Source: an uncultured bacterium
GTDB lineage: Bacteria; Actinomycetota; Actinomycetes; S36-B12
Assembly (NCBI GenBank): GCA_963700255.1
Contig: CAVOWW010000020.1
Span: 3,917 to 67,916 of the forward strand
DNA: 64,000 nt
Reading direction: 5' to 3'
Positions 1-8,459 of the stretch are shown piece by piece. Both the position numbers and the translations under genes were made by a program. The notes under the pieces were generated by a model. It saw only the letters and a program-made list of their open reading frames with translations. It did not search any database and was not told the DNA's origin. Position 1 is the stretch's first letter, and every line of letters begins with the position of its first letter.

Positions 1-2
1 CC

Positions 3-1010
3 AAGAGGCTGGCTCAGGCGATGGGCCTGTCGTCGCTGGACAACACGCCGCGACAGGTGCCCGGCGTCTGCGCACCCGATGGGTCCGGGTCGCTGTTCGC
101 GATGATGCTCGACATGAAGCGGACCTTCGACGAGGTCGTCGAGAGCCACGCCGACCCGGCGAGGGCTCAGCAGATCCTGACGAATCCGTTCTACCAGGCA
201 CTGTCGTCCTCGTTCGCCGGCACGCAGGAGTACATGGCGATGGAGAAGCTGGGCCAGTTGCGGGTGCGCGCCGAGGCCGAGGGCACGTGGGACCTGATCA
301 TCGTCGACACCCCGCCGTCGCGGAGCGCGCTCGACTTCCTCGACGCACCGGCCCGTCTCGGCTCGTTCCTCGACGGCCGGTTCATCCGCATCCTCACCGC
401 GCCCGCGCGTGGTGCGGGCAAGGGTCTCGGCCGGCTCGCCGCAATGGGTTTCGGGATCTTCACCAGCGTGCTCAACAAGATCCTCGGCGCCCAGGTGCTT
501 GCCGACCTCGGCAGCTTCGTCGCCGCCATCGACACCACGTTCGGCGGATTCCGCGAGCGGGCCGACGCCACCTACGCACTGCTCAAGGACCCCGGCACCT
601 CGTTCGTCGTCGTCGCCGCTCCCGAGCGCGATGCTCTCCGCGAGGCTGCCTACTTCGTCGAGCGGCTGCGGACCGACGAGATGCCGCTCGCGGGCCTGGT
701 CCTCAACCGCGTGCAGGACGTCGTCGACCCCGACTTCACGAGTGAGCAGGCAGCCGCAGGGGCCCAGCTCCTGACTGAGCTGGCCGGCGATGATTCAGAC
801 GAGCAGGCCCAGGACGCACGGCTCACCGCCGCCCTGCTGCAGCTGCACGCCCAGCGGATGAACCTGTCGGCGCGCCAGCGTCACCTCGCGGACCGCTTCA
901 CTGCGGCTCATCCCGGGGTTCCCGTGAGCGCGGTGCCTGCGCTGGCCGAGGACGTCCACGACCTCGATGGACTGCGCACCATCGGCGGGCTGCTGGCCAA
1001 CGGTCTCTGA
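3..1010 (+). CDS. ArsA/GET3-like anion-transporting ATPase family protein (5' end outside window)
   Basis: The frame of ORF 21..1010 stays open to the window edge. The motif WDLIIVDTPPSRSALDFLDAP is typical of ArsA-like ATPases. Its position next to whiB and a class A PBP matches M. tuberculosis Rv3679/Rv3680. Confidence 0.8.
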   Translation, partial: KRLAQAMGLSSLDNTPRQVPGVCAPDGSGSLFAMMLDMKRTFDEVVESHADPARAQQILTNPFYQALSSSFAGTQEYMAMEKLGQLRVRAEAEGTWDLIIVDTPPSRSALDFLDAPARLGSFLDGRFIRILTAPARGAGKGLGRLAAMGFGIFTSVLNKILGAQVLADLGSFVAAIDTTFGGFRERADATYALLKDPGTSFVVVAAPERDALREAAYFVERLRTDEMPLAGLVLNRVQDVVDPDFTSEQAAAGAQLLTELAGDDSDEQAQDARLTAALLQLHAQRMNLSARQRHLADRFTAAHPGVPVSAVPALAEDVHDLDGLRTIGGLLANGL

Positions 1011-1015
1011 CCGCC

Positions 1016-1071
1016 GAGTCCACGCCCAGCGGTCACATGCGACCCGCGGTGTGACGCCGGGGTGTGGACTC
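1016..1071. terminator. Nested hairpin between convergent ArsA-like and whiB genes
   Basis: Outer arms are gagtccac (1016-1023) and gtggactc (1064-1071). Inner arms are gtcaca (1032-1037) and tgtgac (1050-1055). There is no clear U-tract. Confidence 0.35.
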
Positions 1072-1134
1072 GATTTAGGAAGCGCGCGTTCTCGGCGCCG
1101 TAGCTCCGGGGCTCGGCTGACGCCTCACTCCTCG

Positions 1135-1446
1135 CTAGCTGGCGCGCTCCGTGCCCGTCAGGATCCGCTGCCGCTCGTACTCGTCCTGAGCGGTCTGCAG
1201 CAGGTGCCGCCACGACGTGACGTTGGGCCGGCGACGCAGGAGGGCCCGGCGCTCACGCTCGGTCATGCCGCCCCACACCCCGAACTCGACCCGGTTGTCG
1301 AGGGCGTCGGCGAGGCACTCCGTGCGAACGGTGCAGCCGACGCAGATGGCCTTTGCCCGGTTCTGTGCCGCGCCCTGCACGAAGAGGGAGTCCGGATCGG
1401 TGGTGCGGCAGGCCGCCTGGGCGGCCCAATCGGTGTCAAAGGTCAT
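1135..1446 (-). CDS. WhiB-family Fe-S transcriptional regulator (WhiB4/WblA-like by synteny)
   Basis: 103 aa with Cys pattern C-x21-C-x2-C-x5-C, a GVWGG turn and a basic C-terminus. It lies between the ArsA-like ATPase and the PBP, as whiB4 (Rv3681c) does. Confidence 0.9.
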   Translation of the reverse strand: MTFDTDWAAQAACRTTDPDSLFVQGAAQNRAKAICVGCTVRTECLADALDNRVEFGVWGGMTERERRALLRRRPNVTSWRHLLQTAQDEYERQRILTGTERAS

Positions 1447-1510
1447 GCTTGATGTACACCCCTCACCTCGTCACGTGTCGGCGGACGTTACGCGCTCCCC
1501 CACCCCGCAG

Positions 1511-1557
1511 AAAGGCTATATATAACTACTTCGGCTTGGCTCGATATAGCCATATCG
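1511..1557. promoter_or_regulatory. AT-rich palindromic element in the divergent whiB / PBP intergenic region
   Basis: ggctatat (1514-1521) pairs with atatagcc (1544-1551), and tcgatat-agcc-atatcga spans 1541-1558. This is the only strongly AT-rich patch in an otherwise GC-rich 150-bp divergent spacer. Confidence 0.4.
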
Positions 1558-1596
1558 ACAGGTATCGGGCTCGCGCGCCCCTCCCAGAGTGAGCCG

Positions 1597-3858
1597 GTGA
1601 CGACACGCCGGAACCCGGCCGCCTACCCTGAACGTCTGATGAGCATGCACCAGCCTCCCGGCAACCGACCCGGGCCGATAGGGATCCTGGCCCGGATCGG
1701 CGGCCTGCTCGTGGTCGCCACGATCGCCGGCCTGCTCTTCGCGTTCATGCTGGTGCCCTTCGTGGGCGGTGCGGGTGTCCTCACCCGTGATGTCGTCAAG
1801 AACTTCGAGAGCCTGCCCGACTCCCTCAGCACGCCACCACTGCCGCAGCGCTCGCTGATCCTCGCCTCCGACGGATCCGTCCTGGCGAACCTGTACTACC
1901 AGAACCGCGTCGAGGTGCCGATCGACAGCATCTCCCCGTACATGCGGCAGGCGACCGTCGCCATCGAGGACTCGCGCTTCCTCGACCACAACGGTGTCGA
2001 CTTCCGCGGCGTCGTCCGCTCCATCGCCACGAACGTGGAGTCCGGCGCGATCGAGCAGGGCAGCTCGACCCTCACGATGCAGTACGTCAAGAACGTCCTC
2101 GTCAACCAGGCGGCGACGGCGGACGAGCTCGACGCCGCGCGCGGCGACAGTGCCACCCGCAAGCTCCGCGAGGTCCGCTACGCCCTCGGCCTCGAGAAGA
2201 TCTTCACCAAGGCGGAGATCCTCGAGCGCTACCTGAACATCGCCTACTTCGGCGCTGGTGCCTACGGTGTCGAGGCCGCCGCGCGGCGGTACTTCTCGAA
2301 GCCGGCCGCCGACCTCGACCTCGCCGAGGCCGCCACTCTCGCCGGCATCGTCCAGCAGCCCACCGCGTACGACCCGCTGCGCAACCCGGAGCTCAGCACC
2401 ACGCGCCGTAACGTCGTCCTCAAGAGGATGGCCGAGCTGGGCTACGTGTCACAGGACGAGGCCGACCGTGCCGCCCTCACCCCCATGGACCGGCTGCTGC
2501 GCCCGTCCCTGACCACCAACGGCTGCACCTCGTCGTACGCGCCCTACTTCTGCGACTACGTCGTCCAGACGATCCGCAAGGACCCGACGTTCGGAGCCAG
2601 CCCCGAGGAGCGCGAGGCCTTCCTCCGACGCGGTGGCTACACGATCCGCACGACGCTCGACCCGAAGGCGCAGAACGGGGCCTTCGAGACGGTCACGAAG
2701 TACATCCCCGTCAAGGACGACAGCAAGCGCGCGACCGCGATCAGCATCGTGCAGCCCGGCACGGGCCACGTCCTCGCCATGACCCAGAACCGCGAGTGGG
2801 GAACGTCGGGACGCGGCAAGACCACCTACAACTACAACGTCGGCCGCGACATGGGCGGGACTATCGGCATGCAGGCCGGCTCGACGTTCAAGATCTTCCA
2901 GCTCGCCGCGGCACTCGACACCGGCATCTCGCCGTTCGAGTACATCCCGGCCTACAGCCCCACCACCTTCACCGAATTCAAGAACTGCACCACGGGCAAG
3001 AAGTTCAAGCCCGTCACCATCAACAACTCGACGACGTCGGGCACGCTCGACATGGCGCGAGCGACGGCCTACTCGACCAACACGTACTTCATGCGGATCG
3101 AGGAGCGCACCGGCATCTGCCGGACAGCGGAGATCGCCGAGTCGATGGGGGTCACCCTCGGCAACGGGGATCCCCTGCTGCGCGTGCCGACGCTGACCCT
3201 GGGCACGATGGAGGTCACGCCACTGGCGATGGCCAACGCCTACGCGACGTTCGCCGCACATGGCATCTACTGCAAGCCCGTCGTCATCCTCGACATCAGC
3301 GACCGCGAGGGCACCCCGCTGCCGGTGCCGGACGGTGACTGCACGCGGGTCCTCAAGCGCGACGTCGCCGACACCGTCACGGTCATGCTCAACGGAGTGG
3401 TGAACGGCAGCATCAGCGGACGCACCGGTGCCGACATGGCGCTCGAGGAGCAGCAGGTCGCAGGCAAGACCGGTACCACCAACGAGTCCGCTGCCGTGTG
3501 GTTCGCGGGCTACTCCCCGCAGCTGGCCTCGGCCGTGTGGGTCGGCGACCCGCGCGGCGGCTACGCCTTCCCGATGAAGCAGGTCACCATCAACGGCACC
3601 TACTACGACCAGGTGTTCGGAGGCACGCTGCCCGGCCCCATCTGGCGCGACTCGATGGAGATCGCGCTGAAGGGCACGGAGCCGACCGACTTCGAGATCA
3701 AGAACAAGTACGGCCTGACGACGAAGGACCCGTTCGTGGCACCGACGTACACCAACGTGGCGCCGAGCGACGAGGACAAGCCCGCGGACACCGTGCCTGA
3801 GCCGGAGACGTTCTCGAACCCCGAGCCGCCCGCCGCGGATGCACCGGCCACGCCCTGA
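1597..3858 (+). CDS. Class A penicillin-binding protein (transglycosylase/transpeptidase, PonA2-like)
   Basis: 753 aa with an N-terminal TM segment. GT51 motifs are IEDSRFLDHNGVD and GSSTLTMQYVKN. Transpeptidase motifs are STFK and KTGTT, followed by a Pro-rich tail. Alternative ATG starts lie at 1639 and 1645. Confidence 0.93.
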   Translation: MTTRRNPAAYPERLMSMHQPPGNRPGPIGILARIGGLLVVATIAGLLFAFMLVPFVGGAGVLTRDVVKNFESLPDSLSTPPLPQRSLILASDGSVLANLYYQNRVEVPIDSISPYMRQATVAIEDSRFLDHNGVDFRGVVRSIATNVESGAIEQGSSTLTMQYVKNVLVNQAATADELDAARGDSATRKLREVRYALGLEKIFTKAEILERYLNIAYFGAGAYGVEAAARRYFSKPAADLDLAEAATLAGIVQQPTAYDPLRNPELSTTRRNVVLKRMAELGYVSQDEADRAALTPMDRLLRPSLTTNGCTSSYAPYFCDYVVQTIRKDPTFGASPEEREAFLRRGGYTIRTTLDPKAQNGAFETVTKYIPVKDDSKRATAISIVQPGTGHVLAMTQNREWGTSGRGKTTYNYNVGRDMGGTIGMQAGSTFKIFQLAAALDTGISPFEYIPAYSPTTFTEFKNCTTGKKFKPVTINNSTTSGTLDMARATAYSTNTYFMRIEERTGICRTAEIAESMGVTLGNGDPLLRVPTLTLGTMEVTPLAMANAYATFAAHGIYCKPVVILDISDREGTPLPVPDGDCTRVLKRDVADTVTVMLNGVVNGSISGRTGADMALEEQQVAGKTGTTNESAAVWFAGYSPQLASAVWVGDPRGGYAFPMKQVTINGTYYDQVFGGTLPGPIWRDSMEIALKGTEPTDFEIKNKYGLTTKDPFVAPTYTNVAPSDEDKPADTVPEPETFSNPEPPAADAPATP

Positions 3859-3883
3859 GGCTGGGCCGCCGGCACGCGCGCTG

Positions 3884-4348
3884 CTACATCCCGAGGGAAG
3901 ACTTGACGAGCCCGGCCACTTTGCCTCCGTCTGCGCGGCCCTTGACCTGAGGCTGGACGAGCTTCATCACGGCGCCCATGGCGGCACCGCCTGTCGCCCC
4001 TGAGGCGCTCACCTCGGCCACCGCGGCCGCGACGATCGCCTCGACCTCCGCGTCGCTCAGCGGCTGCGGCAGGTAGCGCGCGATGACTCCGAGCTCGGCA
4101 CGCTCGCGGTCCGCCAGCTCGGGTCGCGAGGCGGCGTCGTAGGCCTCCGCGGACTCGCGCCGCTTCTTCGCCTCGCGTCCGAGAACGGTCAGGACGTCGT
4201 CATCGGAGAGGACCCGGGACTCCTTGCCCGACACCTCCTCGTTCGTGATGGCGGTCAGCGCCATCCGGATCGTCGCCGACGTCACCTCATCGCGCGCCTT
4301 GATGGCGGTGGTGAGGTCCGACTTCAGCTGGTCCTTGAGGGTGCCCAT
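3884..4348 (-). CDS. GatB/YqeY domain-containing protein
   Basis: 154 aa. The sequence MGTLKDQLKSDLTTAIKARDE...GKVAGLVKSSLG is typical of the YqeY family. Confidence 0.85.
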   Translation of the reverse strand: MGTLKDQLKSDLTTAIKARDEVTSATIRMALTAITNEEVSGKESRVLSDDDVLTVLGREAKKRRESAEAYDAASRPELADRERAELGVIARYLPQPLSDAEVEAIVAAAVAEVSASGATGGAAMGAVMKLVQPQVKGRADGGKVAGLVKSSLGM

Positions 4349-4404
4349 GAGGGCATCCTCTCACCGCTCATCGCGCACCCGCCCCTGCCGTGGGACCATG
4401 AACC

Positions 4405-5289
4405 ATGCGCACCGCGACCAAGGCACTCATCGGCACCGCAGCCGTCGGTGCAGCCGGTCTCGCGTACGCCCGCTGGGAATCCGAGGCGTTCACGCTGCGC
4501 CGGGCCACGACGACGGTCCTCCCGGCCGGTCAACCGCCGATTCGCCTGCTGCACCTGTCGGACCTCCACCTCGTGCCCGGGCAGCGCAAGAAGCAGGCGT
4601 GGGTTCGCTCCCTGCGGGAGCTGCGTCCCGATGCCGTCATCGTCACCGGCGACTTCCTCTCGCACCTGGACGCCGTGCCGCACGTACTCGACACCCTCGA
4701 TCCGCTGTTCGACGTGCCGGGCGCGTTCGTGCTGGGCAGCAACGACTACTACGCCCCACGGCCGATCAACTGGGCCCGCTACCTCAAGGGTCCCTCGCAG
4801 CTCGAGCCCAAGCGCCCGATGCTCCCCTGGGGCGACCTCGTCGACGGCCTCACCACCAACGGCTGGCTCGATCTCGGCAACGCGCGGGCCACGATGAAGA
4901 TCGATGGCCGCGAGGTCGACGTGCGCGGCGTCGACGACCCCCACATCAGCCGCGACCGCTACGACGAGGTGGCCGGGCCGTTCGACTCGGCCGCGGATCT
5001 CACGCTGGGCGTGACGCACGCCCCCTACCTGCGCGTCCTCGACGCGATGGCGGCCGACGGCGCCGACCTCGTGCTCGCGGGCCACACCCACGGCGGGCAG
5101 CTGTGCGTGCCGGGCGTCGGAGCACTGGTGACCAACTGCGACCTGCCGCGCGCCCAGGCCAAGGGGCTGTCCACTCACGACGGATCGGTGCTGCACGTCT
5201 CCGCGGGCCTCGGCACCTCTCCCTACGCCCCGGTGCGGTTCGCCTGCCGGCCGGAGGCGACCCTGCTCACCCTCACCGCGCCCGCGTAG
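4405..5289 (+). CDS. Metallophosphoesterase (Rv3683-like)
   Basis: Calcineurin-like motifs are present: LSDLHL, VTGDF, GSNDYY, GHTHGGQ. There is an N-terminal TM/signal segment. Confidence 0.88.
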   Translation: MRTATKALIGTAAVGAAGLAYARWESEAFTLRRATTTVLPAGQPPIRLLHLSDLHLVPGQRKKQAWVRSLRELRPDAVIVTGDFLSHLDAVPHVLDTLDPLFDVPGAFVLGSNDYYAPRPINWARYLKGPSQLEPKRPMLPWGDLVDGLTTNGWLDLGNARATMKIDGREVDVRGVDDPHISRDRYDEVAGPFDSAADLTLGVTHAPYLRVLDAMAADGADLVLAGHTHGGQLCVPGVGALVTNCDLPRAQAKGLSTHDGSVLHVSAGLGTSPYAPVRFACRPEATLLTLTAPA

Positions 5290-5308
5290 CCCCACCCCGC
5301 CTGCAGGG

Positions 5309-5441
5309 CTACGCGCGGAAGAGGGCGCTGTGGCCTCGCTCCGCTCGACACAGCGGGAGCGCGCTACGCGCGGAAGAGGGCGCTGTGGCCTCGCTCCGCT
5401 CGACACAGCGGGAGCGCGCTACGCGCGGAAGAGGGCGCTGT
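5309..5441. repeat. Perfect 55-bp tandem repeat, about 2.4 copies
   Basis: Unit ctacgcgcggaagagggcgctgtggcctcgctccgctcgacacagcgggagcgcg occurs at 5309-5363 and is identical at 5364-5418. A third partial copy at 5419-5441 is the true 3' end of acdS. Confidence 0.95.
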
Positions 5442-6430
5442 AGGCGTTGAGGGCGGGCTGACCGCCGAGGTGCGCGTAGAGCACAGTCGAGTCCCGGCCG
5501 ATCTCGCCCCGTCCGCACCAGGTCCATGAGCCCGGCCATCGACTTCCCCTCGTACACCGGATCGATGATCATGCCCTCGAGGCTGCCCGTGAGCCGGATC
5601 GCGTCCATCGTCGACTGGACCGGGATGCCGTAGTAGTCGCCGGCCCAGCCCTCGAGCACCGTGATCTCGTCGTCGCGCAGGTCGCGTCCCAGCTCGATGA
5701 GCTCGGCCGTGTTCCGTGCGATGCGCGCCACCTGCGCGCGCGTGGCCTCGATCTTGGCCGACGCATCGATCCCGATGACGCGACGCGGGCGGTCCTGGCC
5801 GGCGAAGCCCGCGATCATGCCCGCATGGGTGCTGCCGGTGACGGAGCACACGATGATGGTGTCGAAGAACACGCCCATCTCCTGCTCCTGCTGCTGGACC
5901 TCGTACGCCCAGTTGGCGAAGCCGAGCCCGCCGAGCCGATGGTCGGACGCACCCGCCGGGATGCCGTAGGGCCTCCCCCCGCGCGCCCGCACGTCGTCCA
6001 GCGCCTGGTTCCAGCTGTCGCGGAACCCGATGTCGAAACCGGACGGGTCGAGCCGGACCTCCGCCCCCATGATGCGCGACAGCATGATGTTGCCGACGCG
6101 GTCGTTGACGGAGTCGGGCCAGTCCACCCACGCCTCCTGCACGAGCACCGCCTTCAGACCGAGCTTCGCCGCGACGGCAGCCACCTGGCGCGTGTGGTTC
6201 GACTGCACGCCGCCGATCGACACGAGCGTGTCCGCGCCCTCGGCGAGTGCGTCCGGGACGATGTACTCGAGCTTGCGGGTCTTGTTCCCGCCGTATGCCA
6301 GGCCGCTGTTGACGTCCTCCCGCTTGGCCCAGATCTGGGGACCGCCGAGGTGCGCACTCAGCCGTGGCAGGGGGTGGACGGGACTTGGCCCGAACATCAG
6401 CGGGTAGCGCGGGAAGTCCTCGAGGACCAC
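5419..6430 (-). pseudogene. acdS: 1-aminocyclopropane-1-carboxylate deaminase, frame broken near 5507-5510
   Basis: The GTG start at 6430 has AAGGAG 6 nt upstream. Family motifs include [22 protein letters not shown] and [15 protein letters not shown] and AHLGG match the residues (Glu295, Leu322) I recall as ACC-deaminase specific. After ...LVRTG the expected C-terminus [28 protein letters not shown] continues in another frame. The span is 1012 nt (1 mod 3), and the extra base lies in a GGGG run. Confidence 0.85.
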
Positions 6431-6546
6431 GGGTGCTCCTTCATCGATCGGCTCGGTCCCGGACCCTACCCACACCGAACGGCCCCGCCGGTCGTCCCCC
6501 GCCCACGGAGGCCGGACGGGTCCTCGGTTAGACTCCGCAAGCACTT

Positions 6547-6623
6547 CGGGGTGTGGCGCAGCTTGGTAGCGCGCTACGTTCGGGACGTAGAGGCCGTGGG
6601 TTCGAATCCCGCCACCCCGACCA
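6547..6623 (+). tRNA. tRNA-Pro (anticodon CGG), CCA encoded
   Basis: Acceptor arms cggggtg/caccccg pair, the anticodon stem-loop is ctacg-ttCGGga-cgtag, and the T-loop is ttcgaat. Confidence 0.93.
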
Positions 6624-6627
6624 CATC

Positions 6628-6655
6628 GTGGGGCCAGCCGTCAGGCTGGCCCCAC
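6628..6655 (+). terminator. Hairpin downstream of tRNA-Pro
   Basis: A 12-bp stem (gtggggccagcc / ggctggccccac) has loop gtca and is followed by gtcgtttcc. Confidence 0.6.
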
Positions 6656-6698
6656 GTCGTTTCCCGGCCCTGACACCGCACGGGATAGCCTTCCCGTC

Positions 6699-7484
6699 AT
6701 GACTGTCCCCGACCGCCGGCCCAGCCGCAGCGAGCTCGGCCCGGTCACCCGCGGGTACGTCAGGGCCATGGGCTGGCGCTCCGTCAACATGCACACCCAC
6801 ATCTCCCTGGTGAGCCGCTACGTCTACGTGGAGGTCCCCAAGGCCGGCTGCGGCACGATGAAGGCGACCCTCGGCGGCATGGAGGCCGCCCGGATGAACC
6901 CGGGCATGGTCCAGCGGGTCCAGGAGGATCCGCACAACCGCTTCAACGCGACGCCGTTCGTCAAGCCGTTCCAGCTGCCGCCCGCGCTGCTGGAGGAGGT
7001 CCTCACCTCCTCGGACTACCGACGCTTCACCGTCGTGCGCGAACCGGCCTCGCGGCTCCTGTCCGGCTACATCGAGAAGATCGGCCAGGGGCTGAAGCAG
7101 AGCCGGCCGATCGTCGAGGCCATCACCGCGTCCACCGGCATGGTGGTGCAGCCGGAGGACATCACCCTCGACCAGCTGCTCGACGTCATCGGGGCGCAGG
7201 AGTCGCGGGACCAGGATCCGCACTGGCGTCGCCAGGCCGACCACCTCGGCCTGGGCATCGTCGACTACGACGCGGTCATCCACCTGGAGGACCTCGACTC
7301 GTCGTGGTCACGGATCGGTGAGCTCACCTCGACGCCGGACCTGCAGGAGCAGTTCTTCTGCCGCTACTCGACCGGGGCGCGCAACCGGATGCAGGACTAC
7401 TTCACTCCGGAGCTGCTGGCACGGGTGGGCGAGGTCTATGGGCGCGACTACGCGGAGCTGGGCTACTCGCACCCCTCCGCCTGA
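6699..7484 (+). CDS. Sulfotransferase family 2-like protein
   Basis: [15 protein letters not shown] fits the PAPS 5'-phosphosulfate-binding loop (PKxGxT). [13 protein letters not shown] fits the 3'-phosphate-binding R(D/E)PxxRxxS motif. Confidence 0.65.
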   Translation: MTVPDRRPSRSELGPVTRGYVRAMGWRSVNMHTHISLVSRYVYVEVPKAGCGTMKATLGGMEAARMNPGMVQRVQEDPHNRFNATPFVKPFQLPPALLEEVLTSSDYRRFTVVREPASRLLSGYIEKIGQGLKQSRPIVEAITASTGMVVQPEDITLDQLLDVIGAQESRDQDPHWRRQADHLGLGIVDYDAVIHLEDLDSSWSRIGELTSTPDLQEQFFCRYSTGARNRMQDYFTPELLARVGEVYGRDYAELGYSHPSA

Positions 7485-7502
7485 CTGGCGTAGCGTCGGG
7501 CC

Positions 7503-8123
7503 ATGACTCCGCCGCGCTGGTTCACCGACACCGATGAAGGCCACTCGCAGTGGTACATCCAGCGCTTCCGCGACTTGGCTGCCGAGGGCGCCGACCTCGC
7601 CGGCGAGGCCCGGCTGGTCGACGCGATGGTGCCTCCGCGTTCACGGATCCTCGATGCGGGCTGCGGACCGGGGCGCACGGGAGCCGAGCTGCACGCGCGC
7701 GGGCACACCGTGGTCGGGGTCGACGCCGACCCTGAGCTGATCGAGGCGGCCCGGGAGGACCACCCGGGGTCGCACTGGCTCGTGGCCGACCTCGCCTCCC
7801 TCGACCTGCCCGCGATGGGCGAGGACGAGCCGTTCGACGCTGCGATCCTCGCCGGCAACGTCATGGCCTTCGTAGCGCCGGACACGGAGACGGAGGTGCT
7901 GCGCCACGTCCTCGCGCACCTGAAGCCCGACGCGTTCGCGGTCATCGGCTTCCACACCGACCGCTACGACATGGCCGCGTTCGACCAGCACCTCGTGGAC
8001 GCAGGCTTCACCCTGGAGCACCGGTTCGCCACATGGGACCTGCGGCCATGGCGACACGACGCCGACTTCGCCGTCAGCGTCCTGCGCGCCCCTGCCGCCC
8101 CCGAGGGAGACGACGATGAGTGA
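7503..8123 (+). CDS. Class I SAM-dependent methyltransferase
   Basis: Motif I is ILDAGCGPGRTG, with an acidic post-I residue VVGVDAD. Confidence 0.85.
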   Translation: MTPPRWFTDTDEGHSQWYIQRFRDLAAEGADLAGEARLVDAMVPPRSRILDAGCGPGRTGAELHARGHTVVGVDADPELIEAAREDHPGSHWLVADLASLDLPAMGEDEPFDAAILAGNVMAFVAPDTETEVLRHVLAHLKPDAFAVIGFHTDRYDMAAFDQHLVDAGFTLEHRFATWDLRPWRHDADFAVSVLRAPAAPEGDDDE

Positions 8124-8457
8124 TGACGTGAACCTGGCCATGACGGACCTGCCTGACATCGCGCAGCTGGTGGACGTGGCTCCCGACAGCACCGTCTCGC
8201 GCACGGTCCTCAAGGCCGAGGGTGCGCGCCTCGTGCTGTTCTCCTTCGACGCGGGACAGGAGCTCACCGAGCACACCGCGGCGGTGCCCGTCCTGCTGCA
8301 GGCGCTGGACGGCCGCTTCGAGATCACCGCGGCCGGCCGGACCGTCGACCTCCTTCCCGGCGGCGTCGTCCACCTCGGCACCCGCACACCGCACGCCGTC
8401 GTGGCCAGGGTGCCGAGTCGGCTGCTCCTGACGATGCTGGATCCGCGGCAGTCCTGA
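8116..8457 (+). CDS. Cupin domain-containing protein
   Basis: 113 aa beta-barrel-like sequence with ELTEHTA...VVHLGTRTPHAV (cupin His motifs). It overlaps the methyltransferase stop by 8 nt. Confidence 0.7.
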   Translation: MSDDVNLAMTDLPDIAQLVDVAPDSTVSRTVLKAEGARLVLFSFDAGQELTEHTAAVPVLLQALDGRFEITAAGRTVDLLPGGVVHLGTRTPHAVVARVPSRLLLTMLDPRQS

Positions 8458-8459
8458 CG

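Noticed and set aside
5309-5441. CRISPR-like array
   Set aside because: The 55-bp units are directly abutting with no unique spacers, there are only about 2.4 copies, and no cas genes are in the window. It is a simple tandem duplication.
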